Positions 1 to 15,970 of a stretch of DNA of 64,000 bases are shown here, piece after piece. Both the position numbers and the translations under genes were made by a program. The notes beneath the pieces were generated by a model. That model saw only the letters and a program-made list of their open reading frames with translations, was not told the origin of the DNA and ran no database searches. Source of the stretch: the human T2T-CHM13v2.0 reference genome, Homo sapiens. The DNA is taken from NCBI RefSeq assembly GCF_009914755.1, contig NC_060938.1; one strand, given 5' to 3'. Each line of letters opens with the position of its first letter. Positions within the stretch are counted from its first letter, which is position 1.

Positions 1-289
<289 letters not shown>

Positions 290-1699
290 TATATATCATA
301 GAAACAAAAATCAGCTCTCATTGATTTCTATGTAAATATGCACAGGTGATGTCCATATAGACATAAATAATAATATTTCTGACAATGGGTCCATATGATC
401 TTCAAAATGTAAAATGCCTATCTGTGTAATTGACTGGTTAGTCTCATTAATGAATGTAGATTCAATTCTACTTTCTTGTTCTAGGTAAATTATATAATCT
501 AGCTTTTCATTTCACTTATTTACTGATAACAACAGGAAGAATGACAAGATACCTATTTTGGAAAATTACTCTGGTAGGAGTAAAGACGAAACAATGATAG
601 AATTGCACGGAAAACTAGAAAAAAGTATGGTCTTCTGATGTTCTATCACATCACATACTAAAGGCCTCATAAGACTCAGATATTTTATCTAAAAATGTTA
701 TTTTCATCTTAGGAATGATCAAAGCATGAGACTACAATTGTATTAAAATGTGCTTGTATCACAAGCACATGTGCTAAAAAGGAGGGGAAAACATCACTAC
801 TGATATTTTAAACGTATGTTTTACTTTTCATCAACATGAACCTCAACTTGATATTATGCAGATTGAAGGAAATCACCCATAATTCCATATGAAGAAGGCC
901 TGTGATATTTTATGGGAAAATAAATAGAGAAAATGCTAACAGCAACCCTATTAAGCATGAAGCTTTATGGAGCAAACACAAATCCAGTGGTGAAAGATAC
1001 ACATTCGAGTTCTGTTTGTTGTCTTGGAACAATACAGTTTAGAGGTGACTGGCGGGTGAGGAGAACATATGCGAGTTCACCAAAGAGAAAAGCTGAATGA
1101 GGCAATGCCTCTTCCTGACCATATCTCTTACTCAGATAACTATATAATTTATTGCCCAGTAAAGGGTCTATTAAAAAAATCATATTAAAAGTCATGCAGT
1201 GAAGTTGTCCAGGGAATTCAAGACTTAACAGTCTCACTCTGACAATAATGAATAGGGGGGTTCCCTCAAGATAGACTAGGACATGACCCCACACTGGCAG
1301 GTAGTAGTAACAGAAAAGAACCCATGGAAAATCTTTACCTTATGCTTGAGGTAAGGACCAGGCTAAAGTGAAAGCCAGACATAAAATTCTATCTAAAATA
1401 AATCCACAATCGAAGAAAATATGTGGTGTACAGGCATAAAATGTCTTTACTGGATCATTGAAATAGTAAGATAAATTCAACTTTTTACATTGTTTTCTTT
1501 TCCTCCAGTTAGGGCTCGAGGTTTGTCTCTGGAGAGTGACTGTCAATTGGAGCCCTGCCTTTCTGGGGTTCTGGTCAGGGCATTGTGGATGCTTAACATG
1601 TGCCTTTCACAGGACACTTCCTTACCCCAGCAGTGGCCAGGTGTGCATACCACGACCAGGCCTCCCTCTCACAGAATATCTGTTGAGACTAGGAGATGC

Positions 1700-2580
1700 C
1701 TGGTGACTGTTGCCTGACCTGTGTCCTGTGTATTTCTGACAAGAGCCACTCTCAGAGACCCTGGCCAGGTGGAGAGTGAGGTTCCAGTGTAGGTCAGCTC
1801 AGACCCATGGAGGCCACAGAACAAAGCATGGGAAATCACAGAAGTAGGTTTATTACTCACAGATCAAGAGAGAAAAGGGTAGCTGAGAAGAGGGTTTAGC
1901 TGTGTCCCCAGCCAAATCTCATTTTGAATTCCCACATGTTGTGGGAGGGAACAGGTGGGAGGTAATTGAATCATGGGGGCAGGTCTTTCCCATGCTGTTC
2001 TTCTGATAGTGAATAAGTCTCACAAGATCTGATGGTTTTATAAAGGGGAGTTTCCCTGCACAAACTCTCTTGTCTGCTGTCATGTGAGACGTGCCTTTCA
2101 CCTTGCACCATGAATATGAGGCCTACCCAGCCATGTGGAACTGTGCGTCTATTAAACCTCTTTCTTATGGAAATTACCCAGTCTTGGGCATATCTTTACC
2201 GGTGGTGTGAAAATGGACTAATACAGTAGCACACCTCATACGGCTGAACAAAATGGGGAAGATGAGTGGGGAGCAGGAGAGAGAAAAGGGGTCTGTGGGA
2301 CTCCAGCCTTTATTGGGCTGAGAACATTACCCAAATAAGTTTTCCACGGGGCACTAGTCTGTGGGGTGAGTGCCAGCAGGCACATTTCTTGACTCCCGCT
2401 GCAGGTCACTCTGGCATGTGGAGGCTGTCCATGTGCGCTGTGAGGTCTGTGGGGTGAGTCAGGTAGGTTGTATCCAACGGTTCCATAGCTGGTAGTCACC
2501 AAGAAGAGGCAACTGTGTAGGGTCAATACCTGGGCCAGCCACACTGAGGAACTGTGAGGGTTAGAACTGGAAATTGTCAA
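1700..2580 (-). mobile_element. Old ERVL-type LTR remnant split by the THE1 insertion
   Basis: LTR-like sequence on both sides of the THE1 (GTTTATTACTCACAG..., GCCTTTATTGGG...). Family not resolved, boundaries approximate. Confidence 0.3.
1884..2225 (+). mobile_element. THE1 (MaLR) solo LTR, THE1B-like
   Basis: GGTTTAGCTGTGTCCCCAGCCAAATCTCA...GGACTAATACA; TG...CA ends; 5-bp TSD GTAGC at 1879-1883 and 2226-2230. Confidence 0.92.
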
Positions 2581-4547
2581 GGGAATCTGAACCCAGCTAC
2601 CATAAGAGAGAGTTCAACTTATGTTCAATGTGAATGCCATGGCAATATTAAAAGGTAAGAATTCGCTCCATACGTGCTTGAGGTAAATAGGAGAAACCTA
2701 GAATTTATGTAAACAGTGAGAAGATTGGATGTGTTTTCCTACACATATTTTAATACTAGCAGCATATTATATATGTCAATCCATCAGGCATTCAGAAATA
2801 CATGCTTATGAAAATTTTTTGCACCATCAGACAAAAGACAAGGGTAGAAGACATTTGTAACCCTATAAACTCTAGTAAATTAAAAACAGAAGGACCTTTA
2901 TGTCCTAACATATCTGTGTTGTGAAAGGCTGCCCTGTGAAATACGGGATTTCTTAAACATATTTTAAAAATCATAGGTGTCAATATTTTTTAGAAATCCA
3001 TTTAAATTTTCTCTTGCTGTTTTACAATGCCTATTTATTTATTTAGTGGCTCTGCTGATTTTGATGTATATCCTAAACTTTACATTTTCTTTAAAGGATG
3101 TTTTATACAACTTTACGTAAAATGTTTCAGTATCTTCACATTCTCTCCCTGTCCTTTTGTTTTGCTCTTATATGGTGGTCTTGAGTCTTTTCTCTGGCTT
3201 TTCAAACCTAGTAAGACTAAGACACTAAAGTAACTTTGCCCGTGGTTTGGTAATGCCTTCTAAAGCACATCCTAAGCTCTCGTGCATACAGGGGTCTCCT
3301 TTGAGCTCTGTGCTTTTGAGATCCCATATACCTAAATTCCAGTATTGGAAATCAGTACTGCTCAGTTTCAGTTACTAAGTTTAAAAATGTATTTTAATAG
3401 CAAGTTAGTTTAGTGCACTCTTGCTTCTTTCTTGACTGCTTGTATACATGTATATTCCTTTAAATGAATGTTGGAATTTATTTAAAAATTTTAAATTATA
3501 CTAATGAAACTGTATATTGTTGTGAATTCATAAGTGAATTTGGAAAGAATTTGTCTTTATGATACTAAATCCTTTTTATCCAAGAATCATATGTGTCTTT
3601 ATATTTATTCCAGTCTATATTTATGTCACTGAGTAAATATATAGAAATGTAGATACATACAGCTGTAGTTATAGATACAAATATAGATATAACATGTTAA
3701 ATCTATATCTATCCCATATAACATATATACATGTTATATGTGTGTGTGTGTGTATATATATATGTTTATGTTATTAAAGAGCTCCCTTAAAATTTTTATT
3801 TTATTTCCTATATAATTTTAGGTTGAGCTTGAATTTTCCTTGTATAAACAAGCAAATATTTATACTAGTTTTAATACTGATGTTTAGACATTGCATCTTA
3901 TTTTAGCATGAAATATTTTCACAATTATAAATATTATCTAATATTAATAATATACCTGTTAAAAATATTTAAAATTTTACCTTTGAATTATTTTATTGTT
4001 GAATTAAAATTCCTTTAATATGATAGTAAATTTCTATTTTATGCTTTCTCTATGCATATGCAAATTAATCTATCCACTTCTCTATCTCTATGTAGTAACA
4101 TATGAAAATCAGACCTCTCTTCTTCTAATGGACATACACATGTTTGCCTATAGAATATCAGACTCTTTATAGCATTTAAAATCTTTAAAGACATGAATAT
4201 TGCCTTTTAACAAATATATTTTAGCATGTACTGAGAATCCCCTATTTATTTTTAATTTGGGCTAATCAGTATGATTATTAATATTATTGGATTACCAAAT
4301 TTGGAAACACACTTTCATCCCCAAGGTGGATATTTGTTTTATTTTTTTTTTTGGCCAATTTCTTGCGTTACTGTTTCAAATATTGTTGGAAATTATTTTT
4401 ATTTTATTTGGCATTTTAGTATCAACATTTGCAATTGAGGTACTCTACATATTTTTTCTTCAATATCTGGTGGGTTTTATATTTACTGCTATATTGGATT
4501 TGTAGTAGACATTCACAAAAATTATTGCTGTATGTTTTATAGCTGTA

Positions 4548-5090
4548 TGAAGGAAACTAATATATTTTACCCCTAAATATATTTCCTTGATATATTTCAA
4601 AATGGCTATTGAGAAGGGCTGGAAATGCAAACTTAGCTGCAAAGCTGTGTTGGGGAGATTTGCACCGTTAGAGAGTCTGCCTTGATGCAGCCAGGCTTTT
4701 TCTGAGTTCTAACCCCTTGTCTGGATCTAGGAAGGGTTAACTGAGAGTCTGAGGTCTCCAAAGGTCTGAAAGAAACATTTTCTGTCTATTCTCTCTGAGG
4801 ACTGCTCCCAGTGAGGTTCCACCTATGTAATAAGTCCACTGTTGCTAGCCAGGGTCGTTTTCTCACATAACCTTTTTATATTTTCCCTGTGATCCAAGAC
4901 CCCATTCTTTCTGTAAACTTCATGTGGTAGATAAGCTTCTGCATGCATCGTGTGTCTGGGTCTTCATTCTAAGGGCTCCAGTGTACACACATTGCAGAAA
5001 CCTGTATGCCTTTTCTACTATTTATCTGCCTCCTATTAGTGATTTTCAGGGAAACTTCAGAAGGCAAAAGGGACATTCTCCTTTAGCCCA
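4548..5090 (+). mobile_element. ERV1 LTR, MER34 family
   Basis: TGAAGGAAACTAATATATTTTACCCCTAAATATATTTCCTTGATATATTTCAAAATGGC start; GGGAAACTTCAGAAGGCAAAAGGG near the end. Confidence 0.7.
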
Positions 5091-5277
5091 TTCTCAGACA
5101 AAATCCCCCAACATTTAACTGATTCCTAATAGCTTAACATCACTTTGAAAAATCCATATATTTATAACCTTTTCTTCCCTCTATGATTTCTGGTCAGCTT
5201 GGGTTTTGTTTATCATTCCATTTACTTCATCCTCAAAAAGATCTATTTTACGTCTATTTATTCTCATTTATGGACCT

Positions 5278-5729
5278 TGAGAAAAGAAAATAACTTTCAT
5301 ATGAGAAATGCAAGTCCTTTGAAATAATCAGGCCCAGAGAGATATTCAAATGAGACAGCAGTTCTGTCCTGCTCCTCTTTGAGCTGTGTGTTCATCTAGG
5401 CTGCCGCTGTTACCACAGTAGCTATAAATTAACCAATAAAGCCACACCAGACACTATAATCCACACCCAATAATAGTGTAACAGTGTATAGCCAATCACT
5501 AATAAATGTTATTTCCATAAGCCAATGAGAATTTGTGACAAACCTCTTTGCATCATCCCACTTCTGGACCCTTTTTTGCCTTTAAGAAACTGCTTGTTGC
5601 AAAGCTCCAAAGGGAGTTCATATCCAAGGATACTTGGGTCTGTTTCTTCCAGGCAGCTGTCCTCATTGTGGCTCAAGTAAACTCTTTGAATTACGTTTTG
5701 TGCTTCAGCCCCTTCCACTTAGATTAACA
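5278..5729 (+). mobile_element. ERV1 (MER4-group) solo LTR, MER72/LTR56-like
   Basis: TGAGAAAAGAAAATAAC...ATCAGGCCCAGAGAG start; CCAAT boxes; GGCTCAAGTAAACTC poly(A) region; ends TTAACA. Confidence 0.6.
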
Positions 5730-5844
5730 ACATGGATTTGTGTCACCATGTACAGCAATTAAAATGTTTACACTTTTCCTCTCGAGGGCACTGATGTGTT
5801 TTCCTGAGCACTTCGAATAGCTACATAGTGTTTACTTTCTATAC

Positions 5845-6036
5845 TATGGTTTCTCAACCTTGGTACTATTTACCTTTAGGACCAGAGGATTCTTTGTGGT
5901 GGGAGGCTGCCCTAGCAATGCTAGGTGTTTCGTTTGACCTCTAAATTTCACACCTCCACCAGTCTTGACATCCCCACAATAACCCTAGACATTGACAAAT
6001 GTCTCCTGGGGAAAACTCTCCACCAGTTGACAGCCA
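5845..6036. mobile_element. MER20 (hAT-Charlie DNA transposon)
   Basis: GGTTTCTCAACCTTGGTACTAT...AGACATTGACAAATGTCTCCTGGGG...CCAGTTGA, the MER20 internal palindrome and TIR remnants. Confidence 0.8.
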
Positions 6037-7009
6037 AAGTTCTGGAAATATTGGAATTGTCAATTGAGATTTTATGTTATCCAAAACAAATATTTTTCTT
6101 TGTTTTTAAACATCTACTTCCATCTACTTATCTACTTATTTTTACTTTTATTTGTAACTTAATTCCATCAAGGAGAGAGAGTGCATTTTCTGTTATGCTA
6201 AATTTTTGAAGAATGTATTGATTTTTTCTGACCTGATATATGGATGATATGTAGATATTACATGTTTGTATTATCAAATTTCAGGGCGATAATAAAATAA
6301 ATACTTATAATATTTATATTGTCACTGTATATTAGTTATTTTCTTTCTTCACTACAGGAGTTTTTCAACCTATAGGCTATTTTTCAATTCTAGGTTATCC
6401 AGTAGATTTTAAAATGTTATGATTAAATATCTACTTCTCAAGCATTCATCTTTGCAAATGAAACAATCCCAAGCTCTTATAATGCACATCATATAAAGGG
6501 GAGATTAGTCAATATATGTTTCAGAAATAATTATGTAGTATTTGTAAGAAATTGAAAATTTAGATCCTTAACTCAGATAACAATAATCCAAATTAAAATT
6601 TGATTTCATTACATAATTTAAAATGACACCAGAATACTAGTAAAAATGTAGATAAGTTTATATAATCTATTTTAGCTGTAGGACTTTATTAGCATAAATT
6701 CAAATACAAGAACCAAAGTAAGATTGAGACCTATAGTCAAAGGTTAAAATGTACACATTATAAGGGCATGATTAAACTAATTTAAAGCATAATAACATGG
6801 AGAAATATTGCAAAACATATATTTTACTGAATTAATTGTTAATATCTAATGATTATGTCAGAACAAAATTAAAGAGTAGCTACACACGCACACACCCACA
6901 CACAAGTGCAATATTGTCAAATAAACGATGTTCAGCTACACTAGAAATCACACCTGTGTTTTCTCCACAGAAAAGATTAAAAATCACAATAATATTTATT
7001 GTACATATG

Positions 7010-7938
<929 letters not shown>

Positions 7939-9303
7939 GAGAAAAGACAAATATGTAGGTGACAAATAATATTTAGAGTGTAAGACGCTCTTTAAAGGTA
8001 TATTTGCAAATTGTGTCAAAACATTGAAATATACATTTGTTATTTTAACTATAAAATTTCAAATAGTTTAAGCCAAATACATAGTATGTGCAGAAAATTT
8101 AGCAATATATCTATGTAGCACCTTACTGTGCATTACTGTAACCAGCCGTCTAATATGAAGAATTAATTAAGGTAGCAGCTACTTTTCAAATAGCGCATTT
8201 TTTTACAGACCTATTAAATAAGACCAATAACATTTAAACTTTATTTTTAAATTTGCAGAATAGTAGTTTTCAGCAGATGGTTTATTTTAGCAAATTCCAT
8301 CTTCACATTGTGCTATGCTTTTATGATTTCCAGCAGTTAATGGATAATATTTTACTGCTGAAACTATCATGTGTGATATAATTGCTCATTATGGGCCTTA
8401 AAACACAAGCAATATAATTATTTTCAACTTGGAGCAAATTAAAATCTTATCAGCAATTTAAAAACTCTTGAGTCGTCTTCTTCTGGTTAATTATTTTAAA
8501 CTTGTATTTTTCTCTTTATGTTTTTAGTGAGTTGTCTTATCAAGGAGAAGAACTCCAGCTGATTATTCTTTTTTTTCTCTTCCATCCACCTCGCAGGTGT
8601 GTTAATAATTTCATTTCCCAGAAAATGTTCTTTCATATCCATCTTACAAGATGAGAGACTTTTTAACATCTTCCATTCGGATGTGATACCAGTAATGGAA
8701 AATATTCCAGCTTCATGAATATGGTGATACAAATGGTTATCCGTCTAACCTCTTTCAGTGCCAAATGTTTACTCAGTGAATTACTCAGTTGACTGGTAAT
8801 TTCTTCTGAAATCACTAATGAGAGGATCAGAGTTCTGGCTGTTGTCTGTATCTCATATGACTTCCAGTACAGACAATTGTTTCTATGGAGCACAGACAGT
8901 TGAAAGGATTGACTTCCTGCCTAGAATAGTTTCTGCTGTGCTTCTTATCCTTCTTGTGGAGATTTCAGATTATCTGAATTGCTTTTCTATCTTAAGAAAA
9001 AACGCAACAATTCTCCCACCTGAGAGGAATGCAAACTGTAGTAAGTTAGCAGAACCAATCAGTAAAATTTTTACATTGTTTGTTGCAAAATGCAGCGCTG
9101 GTGTCTCCATCACTAACCTTTCCTATCCCTCATTGCTCTTTCTTTGACTGCAATAGGATACCTCTAGGCAAATCTGTATTCCCGAGACAGAGTGCCCTTT
9201 TGGTGAGCTATAAGCACACTTAATGGTAGGCTGAAATACTAGCTTTTATCTATGGCGAAATGGAATCATATCAGTGATTTTTTTAAAAAGGAAATTTAAC
9301 TCT

Positions 9304-9480
9304 TGCTATGGTTTGAATGCTTGCCCCTTCCAATCTCATGTTAAAATTTGATCCCCAATGTTGCAGGTGGGGCTTACTGGAAGGTGTTTGGTCATGGGGT
9401 TGGACCTTCATGAATGGATAATACCCTCCCTTAGAAATCTAAAGCTATCTTCCCTCCTCGGTGCCCTCAGGAATGAGTGT
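9304..9480 (+). mobile_element. MST (MaLR) LTR 5' fragment
   Basis: TGCTATGGTTTGAATGCTTGCCCC...CTCATGTTAAAATTTGATCCCCAATGTTGCAGGTGGGGC. Confidence 0.75.
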
Positions 9481-10324
9481 ACCATTCTTTATTCACCTAT
9501 AATTCCCCCACCCATCCTTTTTGAGATATTAATTACATGTATGTTACACTGCTGCATATTGTCTGACTTATCAGTGAGTTTCTGGCTTTCTTATTTTGGT
9601 TTACCCTTTGTCCTTTAGTTTGTAAAGCTTCTATTTTTTTCTATAAATTTTCTGATGTTTGGGTAAAATCCATTACTTATTCTATCTCATGGAATTTTTA
9701 TTTCTAATATTTATTTTTCATCTATACATGTCACATTTTTCATTTTATAACTTCTATTTTTCTATATTCAATTTTCATTTAAGTGCCTTGACATATATAT
9801 GTATTTACCTATATGTATTTATAAAATATGTTTACTTTAAGGACCTTGAAATTTCCTTCTTTTCTGTCATTTATAAATGACTTATTTTTATCTTGTTAAT
9901 ATATGTCTTAAGTATATATATCTTACGGCTTCTTTGCATGTCAGAGTTTTTTTTGGGGGGAGTTTTTTGATGTTATGCTATTGACTATCTAGATTTTATT
10001 GGCTACCTTTGAACAATGTTGTGGCAGGCAGTTCAGTAACTTCAGGATGAGTATTTGTCTGTTGTTGTTTTAAATCTTCTCTTTAAACTTTGTGGAGTTA
10101 GTCTAGAGCCATCTGTAATTTGGAGCTATATGAGCACTGTCACTAGGGCATGAAACTCCAGTGGTCTTTACTGAATATCCTGGAGGTACAGAGGTGATTC
10201 CCTTCTCTGATTAGAATTTGGAAGATAAAGAGAAAAGAGAAAAATACAAAGCTATGCATAAACACGTGCATTAAAATGAATTTTATGTGGGCTTTTCCAT
10301 GAAAATGTTCCTAAGGTATTTTAT

Positions 10325-10548
10325 TTTTTTATTGTGGTAAAATACACATAACATAAAATGTACTCTGTTAACCATTTTAAGTGTACAGTTCAGTGGTACT
10401 AAATAGAGTCATAACATTGTGCAGCCGTCCCTACCATCCATCTCCATAATTCGTTTCATCTTGTAAAACTGAAACTCTATACCCATTAAAAAATACTACC
10501 CCATTTCTTCCTCCCCCCAGCTTCTGGCAACCATCATTGTACCATCTC
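10325..10548 (-). mobile_element. L1MB 3' end fragment
   Basis: TTTTATTGTGGTAAAATACACATAACATAAAATG...AAGTGTACAGTTCAGTGG...CTGAAACTCTATACCCATTAAA. Confidence 0.85.
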
Positions 10549-12179
10549 TGTAATGCTAATCAAGCATAGTGGCTGTGTTTCTTGCTTCCTCTAGTCCGCA
10601 GGTAGAATACAAATGTAATAAACTACTTATTCATGTCACATCTATTTATTTTCTGCCTTATACCAAGCTTGTGGGATTCTCTTAAATACAACATTTTTAT
10701 ACTTACACCTATGCAATACCCATTAGCATCGCCTTCCTAAATCAGGGGAAATTGAGCCTCTGTAAGGTGGAGTAACTTCCTAAGATATAAAACTCAGCAT
10801 TGAAATCTGTATACTTCAATATCCTGCGCTCTTCTCATTTGTCTTTACTATCTTTTATGTATGTGTTAGATGTCCAATAAATTCTCTTTTTTAAACTGAA
10901 TTTAAGCCATGGAACAGTGTTTTGTTGAACAATAAATATGATATAGGACACTCTTCCTCCCTTTCATTTATGATCCTGTTCATGAAAAAGAGAAATTCTT
11001 TCATTGTGCTTGAAGCTTAAAATAAGGAAAATGCCACTTTCTACATTAAACAGAAACTGAAGGGAATCAAGGTGAATTGCATGAGACATACAAAACAAGT
11101 GGGAAAGAAATCTAGTATAATTTGCCCTTTGTGTACCTTTATTATTTAGCGTTTGAGTAAATGATTCCCCCAAATATCTTCCCATCTTAATTCATGTGTA
11201 TAAAGTAGACATTTATGTCTCACCTTGTCAAGAAGGGCAAACTCTAACATAAACATTTCCCAAAAATGCTTCCTGCTAAAACATAAGCTCAGTCTGGCAG
11301 GAAATGCAGCTCACTTCATAAAGATTAATTGGTAGCTAATTTTGCATGCTGTTCTCTGAACTTGAGTGAAACCTGTCCATCAGGCATACAGGGCATGATG
11401 GAAAAGGTGACAACAGAAGATGAATGCTATGTCACTAACCTTCAAAGATGACCTGCCTTTTCTTTCAAATTCTTGATATCTTAGTCAAGATATCATTAAT
11501 TCATCTCTCTTTGCCCTTGGTTCAACATTGTGCTATACCAAAACTCATGCAAAACAATGATCTAATGTAATAAAAATGGCATTTTTCTTTGATCTAGATG
11601 CAAGCTAACTGGCATTTTTACAATCCACATATTTCCTTTGTCAATTTTTCATTCTGTATTGGAAGTAATTGATAGGTATTTCTGAAGGGATGAAGGTGTT
11701 TCTGTGTTCATTGTGATCCAAACTATTTTTAGACCTAGGGGCGTTTGTAAAACAATTTGTGCCAGCTGACCAAGGATCACTGTGGCAGAAAGCAGCAAAT
11801 TTGCATAAGATGTCACTGCCTCATAAGTTGGCTTTGAAAACTAGGGGCTTACTCTATAGTCTTATGAATCAAAGGCATTGATAGATGTAGTATAAGATTA
11901 CAATCATACTTTCCTTTTGACAGTCACATTATAAAGCATGATGTATTGCAATTAATCTCAATTAGCTGATCACAATTAAAATTAATGTTTATTATTGCTG
12001 ATAAACAATCATGACTCTCCTGTTCTCAAATGTGCAAATAATTCTTGTAATTTTAATACAAATTTGCATATTATTATTAATTGATTTAATCTCATTGCAT
12101 TTGGTTCATGGATCCAATTTATTAAAATATTGATAATGGGATAATGATTTGTCTCCCCATTTCATGTACACTAAAAACA

Positions 12180-12500
12180 ACAATTCTTACAATGGTCTGC
12201 AACCCCATCATGATCTGCCTCATGTTAACCGCCAAAATTCTTTTATATCTTCACCCTTGATCTTACCAGTGGTCCTGGCCACCTCACTGTCCTCTGGACA
12301 TGCCAACACGCTGCTGCCTTATGACCAAGACTCTAGTTAATTTCTTGGCTTGGAAAGATAGCCCTCCATATATCCATTGATCAGCTCATTCAACTTCCTC
12401 AAGTCTTTACTGAAACTTCACATTCTCGATGAGGCCTATTCAGTATTTCAAACTGCCTCCCAGTTGCAACTTTCCAAAACCCCTTACTCTTCTGTGTATT
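12180..12500 (+). mobile_element. L2 fragment
   Basis: Diverged L2 3' motifs (CATGATCTGCC, CTGGCCACCTCACTGTCCTCTGGACATGCCA). Confidence 0.5.
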
Positions 12501-12509
12501 TTTGAAAGG

Positions 12510-15060
12510 ATTTATTGAGATAAAATTTACATAGTGTAGAGTGCACACATTAATGTCTACAAGTCAGTGGCTTTTAGTATATGCACAGATAAGTGGAGCC
12601 ATCATCACAATGAATTTTAGAGCATTTTCATCACTTCAAAAAGAAACCCCACCTTCTCTAGCTGTTAACATCCTATAGACTCATCCCCTACTCAATCCTA
12701 AGCAACCACAAATCTGTTTTCTGTCTCTATAAACTTTCCTATTCTGTTTTCATCTAAATAGAATCATACAATAGGTGGCCTTTTGTGCCTGGCTTCTTTC
12801 AGTTGGCATAATGCTATCAAGGTTCATGTACGTATTGGTACTTTATTTCTTTTTATAACCGTATAACATTCAATTTCATGGATATAACATTTTGTTTATC
12901 CAATAATATTTTTATTGACATTTGAGTTGTGTTCAGCCTTTGGCTATTTTAAATACTGCTGCTAAAAATACTTGTGTACAATTTGTGTTTGAACACCTCT
13001 TTCCAATAATCTGGGTGTATACCTAGGAATAAATTTCTGGGTCATATGACAATTCTATGTTTAATATATTTAGAAGCCATCAAATTATTTTACAAAGTGG
13101 CCAGTTCTAGCCATAGAGTATCTAACTGTGGTTTTGATTTGTAGTTGCCTGATGAGTGATGCTATTGAGTATCTTTTTATGGGATTATTGGCCGTTCATG
13201 TATCTTCTTGGGAAACACATCTATTCCTATCATTTATCAGTTTTGAGTTGGGATATTTGTTACTGAGTTAAAACAATTTTTCTATATTCAAGATACATAT
13301 ATATACAGACATATAGATACGTGTTTTTCAAATATCTTCTCACAATTTTTGAGCTGCCTTTTGACTTGCTTGGTTGTCCTTTGAAACAGCAATGTCTTTA
13401 ATTTTTAAGAAATTTTAAATATCTAATTTTTATTTTGTTGCTCATGTTTTTGATGTTACAGCTATTTCTTTGCTAGATCCAAAATGCTGAAGATTTTCCC
13501 ATATGTTTTATTCTAGCTCTGGCATGTGTGTCTTTAATTCATTTGAGTTAATATTTTTGTATGCTTTGGGGTAAGGGTTCCAATTTATTATTTTGCAAGT
13601 GGTGATCCACGTGTACGTTGTTGAACCAGTTTGTTCAAAGGCTGTCTCTTCTTCATTGAATTGCACATGGCACCACTGTAAGAATCCATTGACCATAGAC
13701 ACATAGTTTTATATATGGACCCTCAATTCTCTTCCATCAATCTATATATTTTTCCTTCATCAGTATTTTGTTGTCTTGATTACTGATACTTTGCAGTAAG
13801 GTTTGGAGCATGGGGGTGTGAATTATCCTAATATGTTTTCTTTTTTCAAGATTATTTTGGCTATTTTGAGTCCCTTACAATTCCATGTGTATTTTAGAAT
13901 CAGCTTGTCAGTTTCTAGACAGAAGTCTGTTGGAATACTTGCAGGGATTTCATCAAATCTGTAGTTCAAATTGTAAAGTACTACAGTATTAAATCTTCCA
14001 ATTCATGGCTGTAAGATGTTTGCTAATTACTTAGATATTTTTTAAACAATAATTTTTAATTTTCAGAGTAAAATCTTGTATCACATTTTCCAAATTAATT
14101 ATTATTTCTTTTTATGATGCTATTTTAAATTGAAGTGTTTTCTTAATTTCATTTTGGGGTTTTCATTGTAGATGTGTGCAATTGATTTTTGTACATTTAT
14201 CTTGTATGCTGTAATATTGCTGAAATAATTTACAAGTTCTATCGTTCAGTGGATTCCTTAACATTTTCTATATACAAGAATGTTATTTTCAAATAAAGTT
14301 TTATTTCTTCCTGTTCAATATGGGTGACTCTTATTTTTTTAGTTGCCGATTTGCCCTGCATAAAATCTTTAGTACAGTATTGACTAGAAGAGGTCAAATT
14401 ATATATCCTATTCTTATCTCTGACCATAGCGGGAAAGCATCCTTTACCATTAAGTTGCATGCTTGCTGTTGGCTTTTCACAGGTGCCATGTATCTGGTGT
14501 AGAAAGTTCTCTATTCCTGGTTCATTGAGTTTTTATTTTTATTTTTAATCATTAAAGCATTTGGATTTTGTTAAATGTCTTTTCCGAATCTATCGAGATG
14601 ATCATGCAATTCTCGTTTCTTATTCTATGGATAAGATGTATTACCTTAATGGATTTTGGGCTGTTAAACCAACCTGGGAATACTTGTATAAATTTCACTT
14701 TGTCATAGTGTATAATTCTTTTATATGTTGCTAGTTCTGATTTGTTAGTATTTTTTAAGGAATTTTGCATTTATACTTATAGTAGTTTTATTTTTCTATG
14801 CTATTTGGACTAATTTTTGTATCAAGGTAACACTGGCCCCAAAGAGTAAATTGGGAAGTGAATATTTCTTTTTAAAAAAGCTAGTCAAGGATATCAATTA
14901 TTCAACACTAACAAATATTATAAATTATTAATTTCTCTAATTTTTATTTTCTTCCTTCTGCTTGCTTTAGGTTTAGTTTTTTATTCTTTCCAGTGCTTTA
15001 ATGTGGAAGGTCATCTTATCCCATCCTTTCATTTGTCTTTTCATTCTCTAAATAGTGTCT
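12510..15060 (-). mobile_element. L1MB, 3'UTR plus decayed ORF2
   Basis: 3' end TTTATTGAGATAAAATTTACATA; minus ORF 14552-14770 (IIHYDKVKFIQVFPGWFN...MIISIDSEKTFNKIQ) matches the L1 ORF2 reverse-transcriptase motif. Confidence 0.9.
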
Positions 15061-15064
15061 TTTT

Positions 15065-15420
15065 AGCATCAGGTGAGCTCCCCAGGTTGGTAGTACTCCA
15101 TGTTTATTGCTGTACAACAATGACAGATAGTATGTCCTGAAGACAATGGAAACTTAACATTCAAAATCTCCTAGATTCCACCTTATATGTCTCTCCAATT
15201 GGTCCTAATTTCTACCCTTTCTCTATTATAAACCGTAAGTACAATGGCATTCAATGAGTTCTGTGAGTCTTTTTAGTAAATTCTTGAAACTGAGGGTGTT
15301 CAGGGGAAACCCCTGAACTGGCAGTTGGTGTCAGAAGTGAGAATCGTCTTATATGGCCTCTTCCTTTGAACTTTGCAGCTGGACGCAAACTCTGCACAAT
15401 TTGGGCCAGAAGTCTCGTGT
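15065..15420 (+). mobile_element. ERVL LTR fragment (MER21/MER68-like)
   Basis: TGAGTTCTGTGAGTC...TTGAAACTGAGGG...CAGTTGGTGTCAGAAGTGAG motifs. Confidence 0.55.
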
Positions 15421-15970
15421 TGACTTTGCAGCTTAAAGTATCTTGTAGTTTGTCTAACCCTCAATAAATTTGCTTTCATCAAATATTGTATTTGTTACTC
15501 CAAAATTACCATCACGTTTTTTTTCTCCAAATAACTAACATTGGGAGAAATAGCCAGCTGAGTCTGTAACTCAACAGAAACAAGTGATCCATATACCATA
15601 TACCATATAAGTGGCCATTTCATTTTGCCTTCTTCCACCAAATCTTAGCAACCTTAACTACTGCCATGAGCCACTGTATGCCTACCAGCTACAAACAAAC
15701 AAGTATCTTTTAAAAACACTTCATACTCCCATTTGATAAATTTCCCAGCAAAGAGATGCCTACTTTAACTCTATGCAAGTGGCTCATATGCACTAAGTCT
15801 GTAGATATTATTCATGTAGTGTGAGAAAATCATCCCAGCGATGCCAGCACATTCTCCTTCCCATGATCTGCTTAGTTTGCAAACATATTCAGGCCATGGG
15901 TGAGAGATTTGTATTTCACAGTACAACAGTTTTATGGAGGGCATTGAAACTTACATTGAGCATTTTAGTA

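Noticed and set aside
8496-9147. Overlapping 76-109 aa ORFs in non-repeat DNA
   Set aside because: No recognisable protein similarity and no convincing splice-site pair; consistent with chance.
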